A stretch of DNA of 44,980 nucleotides, counting the filler, from Streblomastix strix (taxonomy: Eukaryota), in NCBI GenBank assembly GCA_008636045.1. It is 2 parts of 2 records of this genome, joined end to end, with 100 filler letters (N's around TTAATTAATTAA, not from the genome) between each part and the next. Parts side by side here need not be neighbours in the genome. Positions count along the whole stretch, not along the records: positions 1 to 22,442 come from SNRW01000321.1; 1 more part is not named here. The stretch is one strand, 5' to 3'. This document shows positions 1 to 11,303 of this stretch, one piece after another. The notes under the pieces were generated by a model. That model was given only the letters and a program-made list of their open reading frames with translations. It was not told the origin of the DNA and did no database searches. The position numbers and the translations under genes were made by a program. Position 1 is the first letter of the stretch; each line of letters begins with the position of its first letter.

Positions 1-552
1 TGTATAAAAAAAATGTAAAGTGAGAGAGAAGATATGCAGCAAGAAAAACTCCCGATTAACAAATGATATGTAAGAGTAAAAAAACAAAATAAATGACGAC
101 GTAATTAAGCATAGAAGTACTCGCATCGAACAAAAAGATTAAAGTTAAATTAAAAAACGTTAATTAAACTAAATAATATAGAATGTTAAAGTTAGATATG
201 GTTAAAAAGTTGAATAAAAATAGTTAAATGTTAAATAAATTGGCCAAAAAAGTAAAAATATCTTCGTATCTAGTTCCAATTCTATCAGCGAACTGCGTGA
301 GCATATCCTCCCATGAATGATTGCTGGCATCTCATGCCCGCTAGCTTATTAGATACCATTGTCAACAGTTCACCTACTTACTTGTCAATGTTGCATGATG
401 GCATTTCCCGGAGATTGAAAGGTGATGTAATAAAGAAAATATATGATACATAAAGTGCAGTGATTGATTCACAAACGCCACAAAGGGTTGGGACTAAAGT
501 AAAAAACTATATGAATACATTTCTATAGAGTTTTAGACTGATGGGTGGGACC

Positions 553-659
553 AAGGCGAAGTTGTTGTATATTATTATACATCCTCTAATTACCAATAGT
601 CCCACTTTGGCAATTGAGGAGTGTATATTTTATATCTAACAACTTCACCTTTATTGAGT
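553..659. repeat. ~100-bp imperfect hairpin, probable DIRS terminal repeat/ICR; most of it recurs at 19681-19751
   Basis: 553-600 (AAGGCGAAGTTGTTGTATATTATTATACATCCTCTAATTACCAATAGT) is the near reverse complement of 604-652, around a CCC loop. 589-659 is nearly identical to 19682-19751. Confidence 0.75.
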
Positions 660-1212
660 ACTTGAAATTGGATTACATTCCACTTGGCCATGAGTATCAG
701 ATAGTTTCATTGCTATTACGGAATGTTTTATTCATTAATTAACTAAATTTTGTATTTATATAATAAATTAAAATTAATTAATATAATATCAACAAAAAAC
801 AGCGATAATTAATTAAAAGTCAAAAATGAACTAAATACTATCAAATAGGGATTTGAATGTAAGGATATCTTCAAAACAGAACTATAATGCTGCTAATGCT
901 ATAATTATGATTACTTATATTAAGATTCTGAAAAGTGTTGAAGATTTTTTCCTATAGGTTTTCAAATTTGAAAAAAAGAATAAATATAGAATGAGACATA
1001 AATTTTAAAATTTCTAAAATAATTTGTATATTTTCAAACAGTGCTAAGAGTATAAATCCTGCTTCAATCTATAAAATATTTAGGAGGACTGATTCGTTCA
1101 TGGTTTCACGTCTAACCCTCACAGGCTCGGATTATGTCACACACATTTCATAAGGCGCGCTGACCTCGTTTATTGCGCATTTATCCGTTATATGCGGCCA
1201 TGATCGCACAAA

Positions 1213-2137
1213 ATGGATGAGACTCAAGGTTTCAACACGCAAATGAGCTAATAAACCGAATTATTAGCGAAGAAAGACATCGAATATACTAATAAGGTAA
1301 TGGTGATGAAATGGGAACTAGTAAAGTTGCTGTTTGACGCAGAAATACAAGTTATGCTCGCTGAAAGTTTATTCATTATTACTACATTTAACATCCACGA
1401 AGAGGACTACGAGGCCAAGATGAAATAATTATTTAAAAGGGTATTGGACTACGATACGTAGATGGCGAGGCATGAGGTGCCAGAAGATTTCTTTAGAATA
1501 AAAGAGAAAAGGAACCATTATATAGAGAGCATAAAGCCGTTATAGTCATAGATTTGGAAAAGTTTACGTATTTGAGTTCGGACTAGAAAATAATGACGAC
1601 AAGGGGCAGGATAAGGCTGGAATAAGGGAATTAATATAGAGAAGCGATGATTGGGTGGTTAAGACAATGTTGAACAGATAGCGCATGCAAATGCAATACT
1701 GTGTGTGATAGCAAATACGGTGGCATAATTGAGAGAAATTGCAAACGCCCAAAAGGAGCTGAGAGATGTTGTCGGTGGTATCATCCTGCCTGCAGACATC
1801 TTTTCTGATGATAGTTTTGAAAGTAATAAGAGGTAACTGGAGCTTAAAAAGGTGAACCAGATTCATTATCTATATCAGTAAATGCTTAGCGCATATCCTC
1901 AGTTTTATATCCGGTAACCATAAAAACTATCGCATTTATACCAGCGATTCCAGCGATTCCTGTCCGTAAAGATGCAGTATCCACCATTAGGAATGAATTA
2001 ATTCAGCTATAGAAGAAGAGCAGCGATTGGAGCAGGATATTAGGCAAAGGGAAGCGGAGCACGAGGCAGTGGAGCCTTTAGGTCGAATTTCACACTATTA
2101 GATAGGTAGTGAGAGAATGTAGAATTAAAGATTTTGA
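1213..2137 (+). pseudogene. DIRS gag-like ORF1 (frameshifted)
   Basis: Code-6 ORF MDETQGFNTQMSQQ... to a TGA near 1575. It continues in another frame as ...VAQLREIANAQKELRDVVGGIILPADIFSDDS... with a Q/P/G/R-rich tail, directly upstream of the RT. Confidence 0.55.
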
Positions 2138-2299
2138 ATATTACTGTCTTTCATGACTTTAACTTTTTACTTTACTTTATGGGTCCAATAAAGAAAATTT
2201 ATTTTATTGAAATGAAATATATACAAAATAATAAAATTAGCTAATAAAAGAAGAATTGAATTAGAAAATAATTAAAATTATTAACAAACAAAAAGTATT

Positions 2300-3962
2300 A
2301 TCTTAGAATAAAACTTTTGCAATAAAGAAATCTGTATGGGGTTTGAGGAGAATAATGGATTGTTGACCATTTAACGTCTTGCTGAAAGCGCTGCATTATT
2401 TAATTAATGACTTGAACAAATTACTGAAAAAATGGAAAAGAGAAGATTGTGGTCGCTTATTAGGCTTTAAGTCGGAATTTTACGATATTGCTGAGGCAGG
2501 GGAGTTGGACAAATAGTTAACGTTTGCCCATAGAGGAATACTTTACAGTCAAATAGAAATGCCGCTCTGGATTCTAATTGTGCCATAGACCTTTGTGAAA
2601 ACAATTCATATAATTATAGACAAAATGAAAAATAATTAATTAGCGCGATTAGTCAATTACATAGATGCAATTCTTTTACTAATGTAGGATTAATAGTAGC
2701 GGAAAAAAGAAATGAATTGGGTAATGGAGGAGTTTCGTAAATATGGTTAGGTAACCTACTAAAGCAAGAGCAGGCTGAACCTAGAATTGCAATTCGTGTT
2801 TTTTATATAGATGCTTAACTCGTAAACAATGAAAATTTAGTAGAATTGTGAAAAGAGGATAGAGTTGATATTGATTGTGAAGAAGTAATTAATGTTGGTA
2901 ATGGAATAAAACCCGAAAATAAACGCTTAACAAGTTTATTTTGTAAGCTTATATTATCCATTCCATAATTTAAACGTGGAGGACTGCCTCTGTAGCAGAT
3001 AATTAAATAAATTAGTGATAAAGCAAGAGAAATTAATTTTACAAACGAAATGATTGTATCAAAGAAGTGCTTAACTGAACTATATAGGCGGATGAATTAG
3101 TTGAAGAAAAATTAATCTAGAATAATAGATACGAAATTGGAACAAATAATAATTTTAACAGGAACGTTGATCACAAGATGGGGTGTTAGTGTGATCAATA
3201 AAAAAATATAAAAATTAAGAGAATTCATAGACAATTGGAAGTCAGTATGGAAAATTAGAATTTGCGAGAGATATTAGCAATCTGTAGAGCAGTATAAGTA
3301 TTTAAAGATTGCTTTTATCTAAATTAATACAGTTATTTAATGATAGACACAGATAATACAATAGGGTGTTTCTCAATTTCAAAAGCAAAGGCAAAATATC
3401 ATTTGAGGAAAATGACGGACTCAAGTATGAAAATAGGATAGGAAAATGTGTGCAAATTAACAATAAGACATATAGCCTGGAAATTTAATTAAGATGCGGA
3501 CACGTTATCAAGGATATTGATGAATGAAAATTATCCAATAATGAAAAAATATAGGGAGAAGTGCTCAACAAATAACTATTGAAAATAGAAAAGGATTTAT
3601 TTTCAGTGCAAAATAATGCTAAACATAAGAGATGTTTTACTTTTGGGAGAAGGAAATCGCAGAATGACAGGATTCCATGAGAATTCTTTGAGAAGAAGAG
3701 TTTTCGTTAAAATTTCTATTAATTCCAATGACTTACAGAGTAATTAGTAAAATGATGAAGAAAAAAGCGCAAGGAATGATGATAGTGCAATACTGATAAA
3801 GATTGATTTTATAGATATATTTGAAGGAAAATGCAACAAAGGAGAAAGTTGTGAGACAACATGAAGGTGTTAAAGACTGGACCGAAGATGAAGATGAAGA
3901 GTCTGAATGTTTCTTTGGGGAAGATATCGGCTTTAGAGGAAAATGGATGTAAGATGGTGTAA
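2300..3962 (+). pseudogene. DIRS reverse transcriptase-RNase H-methyltransferase-like polyprotein (decayed)
   Basis: RT motifs GGLRRIMDC*PFN (TGA 2364-2366), EMPLWILIVPQTFVK, degenerate YxDD as NYIDAILLL (2658-2669) and SKSRLNLELQFVFL. RNase H end IRHIAWKFNQDADTLSR (~3463-3513). MT-like DLFSVQNNAKHKRCF and VLKTGPKMKMKSLNVSLGKI. Confidence 0.8.
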
Positions 3963-4800
3963 GTTTATTTCAGTACTCATTAGTAGCATCTTGATTACTA
4001 AAAAATTCAATTAGAATAATATTAGATAATTGGTATAGGAGTAGGAGGATGCACGTCTGCTCTACATAAGCTTTTTTGGGGAATATGAACAGGAAAAATA
4101 TAAGTATAGGAGAATTGACATTAATTGGAAAGCTATATCAGTAGTTAGCAAAAGAACTGGCCTGCCCTTAACATTTATTCTGATAAAACAATTAGAAAGC
4201 AGTGATTAAAATAATAAAAGTAATAGAAAACAATAAAAATAAACGAATTTCATATGTTAAAGAAATAAAAACAAATCAAAAGTTAAAAAAATATTGAAAT
4301 TGAATTGATTTATCAGAGTAAAGGTGAATAAATAATATGTGAGATTAATTTGATCAGAGTAAATTAATTATATGGATCTTATTTGTGAGAAAAATTAATT
4401 ATATGACTTTCACAATGCACGATTTTAGTGATTTAAGGGTATTATTTAAGAGAAAAAATTATGTATAGCGTCAATGAAATATATATGTTATACAGTGTAA
4501 ATCGTACAGGCGGGCCAAGTCTTTTGCTTACTACTCCATGAAGTTAATTTGGTAATGTTAGTTAGGTATAGTTATTTCATTTTTAAGAATTTTTTAAAGG
4601 ATAGAGAATTTTTATTTATATTGCAAGAAATAGCATAAGAAAAAATCGCATACCTTCAAGGTTTTTTAGTGATATACGATAATCGAAAATTTGTTTGATT
4701 GGTGAAAATAATGATGAAAAACAGTTACAGAATCGCGAATGAACATCATTTTTGGATTCCTCGTGTGTGATAATACCTTAGCGTGAAATATTAGAGATAT
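3945..4800 (+). pseudogene. DIRS tyrosine recombinase, N-terminal part (decayed, truncated)
   Basis: Overlaps the MT end as in DIRS elements. DGVSLFQYSLVAS*LLKNSIRIILDNWYRSRRMH resembles DIRS YR N-termini. The catalytic C-terminus (HxxR...Y) is not seen. Confidence 0.5.
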
Positions 4801-4951
4801 ATGAAAAATTATGTAAATCGTTTAGAAATTTAATTAATAAAATTTTTTAATTGGTAATTATAAGGGATAAAAAAAAAGAAAAATATTTTGAATTAATTTC
4901 CTGATAATATTTGTTTAATAAAAATAAATTAAGTTTTTAATTCTATCAAAA

Positions 4952-5281
4952 ATGGTAAGATAAACTGTTTTGAATTAAATCGAAGTAAACGAACTTGAAG
5001 AAGTTGATGAATTTGATGACGAAATTTCTGTAAATGAAGTTGATGAATTTTCTGATGCTTTTAGTGAATTTGGTGGTGAAATCGAAGTAAATGAGTGTGG
5101 TGGTGAAATTTCTGTAAACTACGTCACACTTGATGAACAGATTGAAGAAAATTAAGATTGGTTCATTGATACTGACGAAGATTTTGACGATTATGTACGA
5201 ATATTTGATCGAGAAACGTATGAAGAATCTAATAAACCGAATGAGAATTATGTTATAGAAATCGTTGAAATGAATGAATGA
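4952..5281 (+). CDS. Small highly acidic protein (109 aa, code 6)
   Basis: MVRQTVLNQIEVNELEEVDEFDDEISVNEVDEFSDAFSEFGGEIEVNECGGEISVNY...EIVEMNE*. Uninterrupted, with AAAATG start context and TGA stop. Confidence 0.65.
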
Positions 5282-5298
5282 AATCTTATTTTTAGAGA

Positions 5299-5363
5299 AT
5301 GTGCAGGTGCACGGGGCGCACGAGGTCTTTTGGAAAACTATTTCGAGATCTGCCATAAGCCAT
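5299..5363. repeat. Partial third copy of the GC-rich GTGCACGGGG repeat (same orientation as 8072-8173)
   Basis: ATGTGCAGGTGCACGGGGCGCACGAGGTCTTTTGG...TGCCATAAGCCAT matches the arms at 8072-8173 and 8698-8799. Confidence 0.7.
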
Positions 5364-5460
5364 ATGTCAGATGCTGTTCAATGCATTCACACTAAATTAG
5401 TTTTGAATGAAAATAAATTTAATTTTAAGAATCTATTTTTTCTTTTTATCTGTAACCAAA

Positions 5461-8009
5461 ATGGCAACAGAAGAATCAAAAATAAAATGCGTTACACTCG
5501 AGAAACCTAAAAGATCTGTTAATCGTAAAGCTTCACAAGCAGCAGAATTAATGAACACGATGATAAATCAATAAGAATAAGTAAACGAGATTCTTGAAGC
5601 ATTAGAACCAATTGCTGAAAAACATATATAAGAAATACAAACAAAAAGTATAACTGAAAGAGTTAAAAATGCAATGACTAACACAGTAAATTATACAAAA
5701 GTAGGCCAACTTCCGAATGATAAACGATAAATTACTGGAAAATTAATTGATTTAACTCTAGTCGAAGATGGTGATTTATGCGTGATTGATTTTGATATTA
5801 ATAAGAATTTATCCAAAGAGAAGATTGATGAAATACGTTAAAATATAATCGATAATATGCTTCCCGCAATTGTTGGTTTAGTTAAAACAGCTCATGGAGG
5901 ATTACATGCATATTGCAATAAAAATGGGTACTTATTACCTGTTAATCGATGTATGAAATGTATTATACTAGACAACATTGAAATTGATATATTTGGATAG
6001 ATGTTTAAACATAAAGAATATTCAGAAGATCCAGAATAAAAAGAACTAATTTAGAATCGAGTAGTTGGTCCTAATTCATTATTCCGAGAAATAAAGAATA
6101 ATAAAAACGAAACTCTTAAATATGAAACAATTAATGATTGGGGTAACATGACACATCTAGCAAGCATAAGAGATATATTGGATAAATGGAATGTCGATAT
6201 TGAGATATCATACGCAGAATACATTGAAAAGAAACAAAAACGAGAATTTGGATAATAGATTACAGATGATGGAACCATTGATAAGAAGAATGATGAACTT
6301 GCATAAGCTTGAATTGATGGATTGAAGAATTTAACGATTCATAACTATCCTCAAGCTATTTCTATGGAAGTATCGCTTCTAAGTGTATTCAGTGGTTTAT
6401 ATGGCATCACAAATGAAAAGATTAGAGGTGAAGGAATTACAAATATACGTTAATACAACAAGCTAACTGCAAATACTGAAAAGAACTATGGATAAACTGC
6501 TTCATAAGGTGAACGCAAGCCTAATCCATGGATCCTAACAAAAATACTAAGATATCATAATAAAAATTACTATGAATAGATAATTAAACCATTACTGAAT
6601 ATGAAGTGAAAAAATAACAAAAAATATCTGATACAGTAAAATAAATTGAAAAGCATGAGATTGATCTGAAATATTCGTTCACATTAATAGATGTATCTAG
6701 TAAAGCATTAAGTGGAAAATATGAAAATAAAATAGAATTAGTTGCAGAAGATTTGTTTAAAATACTGAAAGTTGTACCTTGTTAGAATGGGTGGTGCTAT
6801 GTCATTAAAGAATATGATGGTTTAGCTAATACTAATACAATTCGCTATAAAAATAAGACAGCTATATTCGATTAATTACATTCAATAAGACTTTGGCAAG
6901 ATGGTAAAAAGAATATAACAGCAATCGATGCGTTAGAATAATATCATTCACTATTCGAGAAAGTAGATATAAGATTTATTAGTTAAAACCTTAAGATTTT
7001 CAGTGTATTCTAGGGATATAAGTACTTATAATTAGTAGAAGTTGATTAGATAAAATTAGAACAATTCTTAGGATTAGTGAAAGATACTATTGCAGCGAAT
7101 GATGAATTAATTTATGAATATTTATTAAATTGGTTTTCATTTATTGTGTAGAATGCAGGTAAGAAAACTGAAACAGCTATTATACTATAAGGCTTATAAG
7201 GAATAGGTAAGAATATATTTACTAATGTATTATGCGAATCACTTGCGGGTTACTCTTCAAAGAACATTACAAATATCGATGATTTTGTAGGTAAATTTAA
7301 TACTGCTATCGAAAATATGATGTTAGCGATTGCAAACAAATTGAAGAATATTGGAGAATCGAGAATATCTAATATGGATGCAATGAAGTCGATAATTACT
7401 GAATATTCGTTTGTTGTTAATGAGAAATGTATACCTAAGCATGACGTTGAGAATGTCGTGAATATGATACTTGTCACCAATAATATCTTTCCAATAAAAA
7501 TAGAGAATAATGATAGACGTTATGTTGTGTGCAAATGTAATTCGGCTCATCGAGGAGATCTAGCTTACTTGACTAACCTTTGCAATAGTTTTGGTGAATA
7601 TTTTTATAATAACTTATTTACATTTTTTATGACTAGGGATATTTCATAATTTAATCCATGAAACATTCCAACGACATAAGCTAAGAAAGATATAATAAGA
7701 GCATCAAGGTTAAAAGTTGATGATATTATAATTAATCATTTTATGTTATTCAAAGTAGGTATAATTATATCATAGGTAAAATTATGGGAAACATAAGAAA
7801 TGATATTAAAGAGTTATTAGTTAGCGATAAATAATATATGTAGTTAAGTGTGGAGAACGATAAATGGATAAAGAAAGATATTCTATAAAATGAAAGAAGA
7901 AATGATTAAGATATATGAGAATATGCTAGATGAAGATGTTGATGAGAAAGAAATCGAAGTAGAAGCAGTTGAACAGGAGAAGTAGTAAGATGGCAATGAA
8001 TATGTATGA
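5461..8009 (+). pseudogene. Prim-Pol (AEP-family primase-polymerase) fused to SF3/D5-like helicase
   Basis: N-terminal CVIDFD and VKTAHGGLHAY Prim-Pol motifs. Walker A ILQGLQGIGKN (GLQGIGKN at 7191-7214, both Gln encoded by TAA), motif C ILVTNN, Arg finger DRRY. In-frame TGA at 6310 and 7659 and a frameshift near 6600. Confidence 0.88.
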
Positions 8010-8071
8010 ATAAAAGTGCTCGTGCAATGCTCGTGCAGATATCAGAGGCAAATTTATTTTTTTTCTAGAAT

Positions 8072-8799
8072 CATAGAGAAATGATGTGAAATATCCATGT
8101 GCATGGGGTGCACGGGGTTACACGGGGTATTTGACTCCATCTTATTTTCCTGCCATATTAACCATTGTGCCATATCGTTGGAAATATGAATTAATTTGAA
8201 GGGCTGGAGTAAAAAACGAATGAAATGTGAAGAAATGTGATGACTTATGCAGCCATATTGCAAATTGATTGATGATTTATTTTTTTATTAGAAATGAAAT
8301 GATAGGAGATAAGCTTATATATAATAATCCATTCGATATCGATAAAGACAAATATAATCACGATAATTATGATAAGGATTTCATAGATAAATTTATTGAA
8401 CATAATAGAGGAAGAATATCATCAGGTAAGACTTTTAAAGCAATCTGTAATATGTGTCTTAATAATATGGTTACATTAACATTCCATAAGCTAGTCTTCC
8501 GATTATTAAATAAAATAATTTTAGATCATAAGAATGGAAAGAAACATCAAATGTATTATTCAACTAATTTAGGTATCTGATTAATTATTTTTTGAGCAAT
8601 CCTAAGCAAATGCCATATGGCAACACTCATTAATGATCTATATTATTTTGTTCACTAGTTCTTCAAATTAATACAGAATATCAAAAGCGGAATTCTAATG
8701 GCATAATGGCGGAAATGGCGGGAATCCGAGATGGAATCAAAAGTCCTCGTGCACCCCATGCACCCCGTGCACATGGATATTTCACATCAATTCTCCATG
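8072..8799. repeat. ~100-bp inverted repeat pair (8072-8173 / 8698-8799) flanking a small ORF
   Basis: Left arm CATAGAGAAATGATGTGAAATATCCATGTGCATGGGGTGCACGGGG... and reverse complement of right arm CATGGAGAATTGATGTGAAATATCCATGTGCACGGGGTGCATGGGG... align over the whole arm. Confidence 0.9.
8299..8580 (+). CDS. Small C2H2 (U1/matrin-like) zinc-finger protein, 93 aa
   Basis: MIGDKLIYNNPF...AICNMC...LDHKNGKKHQ...*. CxxC plus HxxGKKH pattern, intact, ends in TGA. Confidence 0.6.
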   Translation: MIGDKLIYNNPFDIDKDKYNHDNYDKDFIDKFIEHNRGRISSGKTFKAICNMCLNNMVTLTFHKLVFRLLNKIILDHKNGKKHQMYYSTNLGI

Positions 8800-8938
8800 C
8801 CAGAACACATTCTCATTAAAATAGTCCCCGTGCAATGCACATGCACTCGAAAGATTGGACATAATATCTCTTTTGTACACATCTCTAGAGAAAATCATTG
8901 ATGTGATGCATCGACATACAAAAATAAATCCATTTTCA

Positions 8939-9403
8939 TCAATTCTAAACTTCTGGAATCTTGAGTGGATCTGCGAGTGGATTTACTCTTTAGAGCGCCA
9001 GCTCTGTTGGTACAATCTCATATCTATCAATTATATCGTTAATTAGAAGTAAATCCTATACATCCGTAATGATGATTCGTTATAGGCGTTTGAGTACGAA
9101 TAACTGAATTTCGTTCACATGAGTACGGAATTATTAATGCTGAGAACGGTATCTGGCTTATGCGCGTGCTCCCTATTCTGCTGTTACTTGTTCTGCTACT
9201 TCTTATGTTTAATATTTTTTATGTCATCCTCTATTTTCTAATTTTATAGGTTAAATTGTTGTATCTAATATAGGTTCAATTACAATTTATTTGATAGTTG
9301 CTTATGCAGGTTCAATAACCGATTCTTTAATTGGTTCAGCAACAAGTTCTTATATCGATAGTTTTGATTTATTAATTAATTGCTTGATTTGTTTGGTTTG
9401 CAT
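8939..9403 (-). pseudogene. Viral hypothetical protein with degenerate AT-hook-like motif
   Basis: 155-codon frame MQTKQIKQLINKS...NRG*HKKYQTQEVAEQVTAEQGARAQARYR...EVQN*. One internal TGA (9224-9226) falls within an RGRPKKY-like motif. Confidence 0.55.
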
Positions 9404-9423
9404 TTTTGGAAACACAAAAAAAC

Positions 9424-10605
9424 TCAATTATTGATTAAGAATTAACTTTTATAATTAACAGGTAATGAATTGATATGTTCAGAAATATACTTACAATAAT
9501 ATATAGGCAATTCAACTTAATCAATAGGTCCATTTGTTCGTAACAGTTTACATATTACATTGCCATTCTTATAAGCAATAAATGTTGCAAACTCATTGAA
9601 ATTTCTTCTAATTTTGAATGTTTTTATTTTTGTTCTTCAATAATCTAGATGAATCATAATTATATTTCCAGCTCTGAATTCGAATAGATGTTACTATGAT
9701 TATTGTTGTTTAGCCTAGTCCAATTATGCTAACTTATAGCGTATGAATGATCCTTCTAAATCTCGAGATTATTGTATTTATGTTGGTGAATATTTATTAT
9801 CGAATGCTTCATGCTTGTTGTTATTGTATATCATTACTATTTATTACATTAAATTATGATTAGCCATTGAGTTACTATCCTCTCCAAACCCATCTCTAAT
9901 CGTTCTAATTATTCTATCCACTACTCTATTATGATGTGTAAATGGAGATGAATTGAAATATAGCATTATATTATTATCCTTACAGAATTTTTTAATTGTA
10001 GTTCCAGTCAAACCTTTCTCTCCATCTGATCGAATATTATTAACATATTATGTATTAATTAATTACGTTAACGCATTCTTTAATTGGTTAGCTGATTTAT
10101 CAATTATTGGTATTACGACTAGATATTTTGTGTTAATATTGATAGCAAATAAGTATATCTATTCTCTATGCTTATATGTATCGTATGCTATTGCTAAATC
10201 AATTTCATATGAACCAGTTTTAGGTGAGAAATATGGACGTTGAAGCTTAGTTAGTGGTTTCAATTAATAATCTTATATTTATTCTTATCGCAATTACTTA
10301 TTCTTTGTTCTATATGGATTGATTATTATTCTCTATTCTTATAACGTGTTTTATATTTCTATTCTAGGCTATGGCTTAGGACGTTTGGGCAATAATTAGC
10401 GCTTAGGAACATTGTATTTCAATAGCTCTTATTTATATAGATCAAACCATTATAGTATGTACTTACTTCCATATTTAATTAAGCCTGCATTATCTATAAA
10501 TTCTTATGTTTCATCCTTGCTTCTGGTTATGTGCATATTTCTAATGAATACTGGTAAAGTCATCGGTTAAAGATTACGCGCGAGATGTTCTATATTATGT
10601 ATCAT
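9424..10605 (-). pseudogene. Retroviral-type (rve) integrase of Polinton-like element 1
   Basis: RPYFSPKTGSYEIDL (D 10198-10200), YLFAININTKYL, NNIRSDGEKG (D 10024-10026), HNRVVDRIIRTIRD (9916-9918), IYNNNKH. Single in-frame TGA at 9637-9639. An alternative start lies at 10536. Confidence 0.88.
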
Positions 10606-10723
10606 ACATTAATCAATCTCATCAATATCATCAGTATTATACATTTTCTATGCAAAAATAAGATGCAGTTCACTGCATTCACACTACTGCACTTCAATGA
10701 GCATTTCATGCCCGCTGACAAAG

Positions 10724-11275
10724 TCAGTGACAAATCTTGCAATCACATGCATATTTCAAAGCTGCTTTACATACAGCAGTGAGAATCTCATGCCAATTTA
10801 TATCGATTTTCTCTAATTATATCGCAATAAATTCTGTTGTGTTTGAAGGTTATAGCTCGAATAACAGATACATTTCATTAACGCAAAAATAAATTATTGT
10901 CACTAACGTTTTAACTAAATCTTCTAGCTAATTTATATAATTATCTCGTATTTCTCTATATTCTTTACAAGCATTGTGAAGCTTATTTTCGACACTGCAC
11001 TCTGCATTCATCCAATGTATTTCATCTTGTGTTCTTTTTTTAAGCAACATTCGCATTTCATAAGCAGTATCACTATGTTCTTCATCGAAACATTCTAGAT
11101 CCTTTTTATTATTTATTTTCGATAATCCTTTAACTTTTTTCTAGCATTTGTTATCTAATTTATAAAAACTTCTGTCACAGCTATCGAGAATTTTCGGTAG
11201 CTGCACGGATAATTCATATAATTACTTGTTTTATTCGAAGTTTTGATCTAACGCATTTATGAGTTTGTTTGCCAT
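10724..11275 (-). CDS. Viral hypothetical protein (183 aa, helical, Cys-rich C-terminus)
   Basis: Code-6 ORF MANKLINALDQNFEQNKQLYELS...KYACDCKICH*, packed between pPolB and the integrase. The true 3' end may be frameshifted. Confidence 0.55.
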
Positions 11276-11303
11276 TTCAATAAAGTAAAAATAAATTTAT
11301 GTA

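Larger units (their letters stand above)
1213..4800 (+). mobile_element. Degenerate DIRS-like tyrosine-recombinase retrotransposon (gag, RT/RNaseH/MT, YR), 3' truncated
   Basis: Ordered gag-like ORF, RT, RNase H, methyltransferase-like segment and overlapping YR start, all disrupted by frameshifts and TGA stops. Boundaries are approximate. Confidence 0.8.

Noticed and set aside
262..420. GC-richer patch with a short minus-strand frame (MPSCNIDKQVGELLTMVSNKL...)
   Set aside because: Too short and without a recognisable motif. It may be a retroelement remnant but cannot be supported.
8017..8850. CRISPR-like array in the GTGCACGGGG repeats
   Set aside because: The units are about 10 bp, tandem, without unique spacers, and arranged as inverted arms. 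No cas genes are present.
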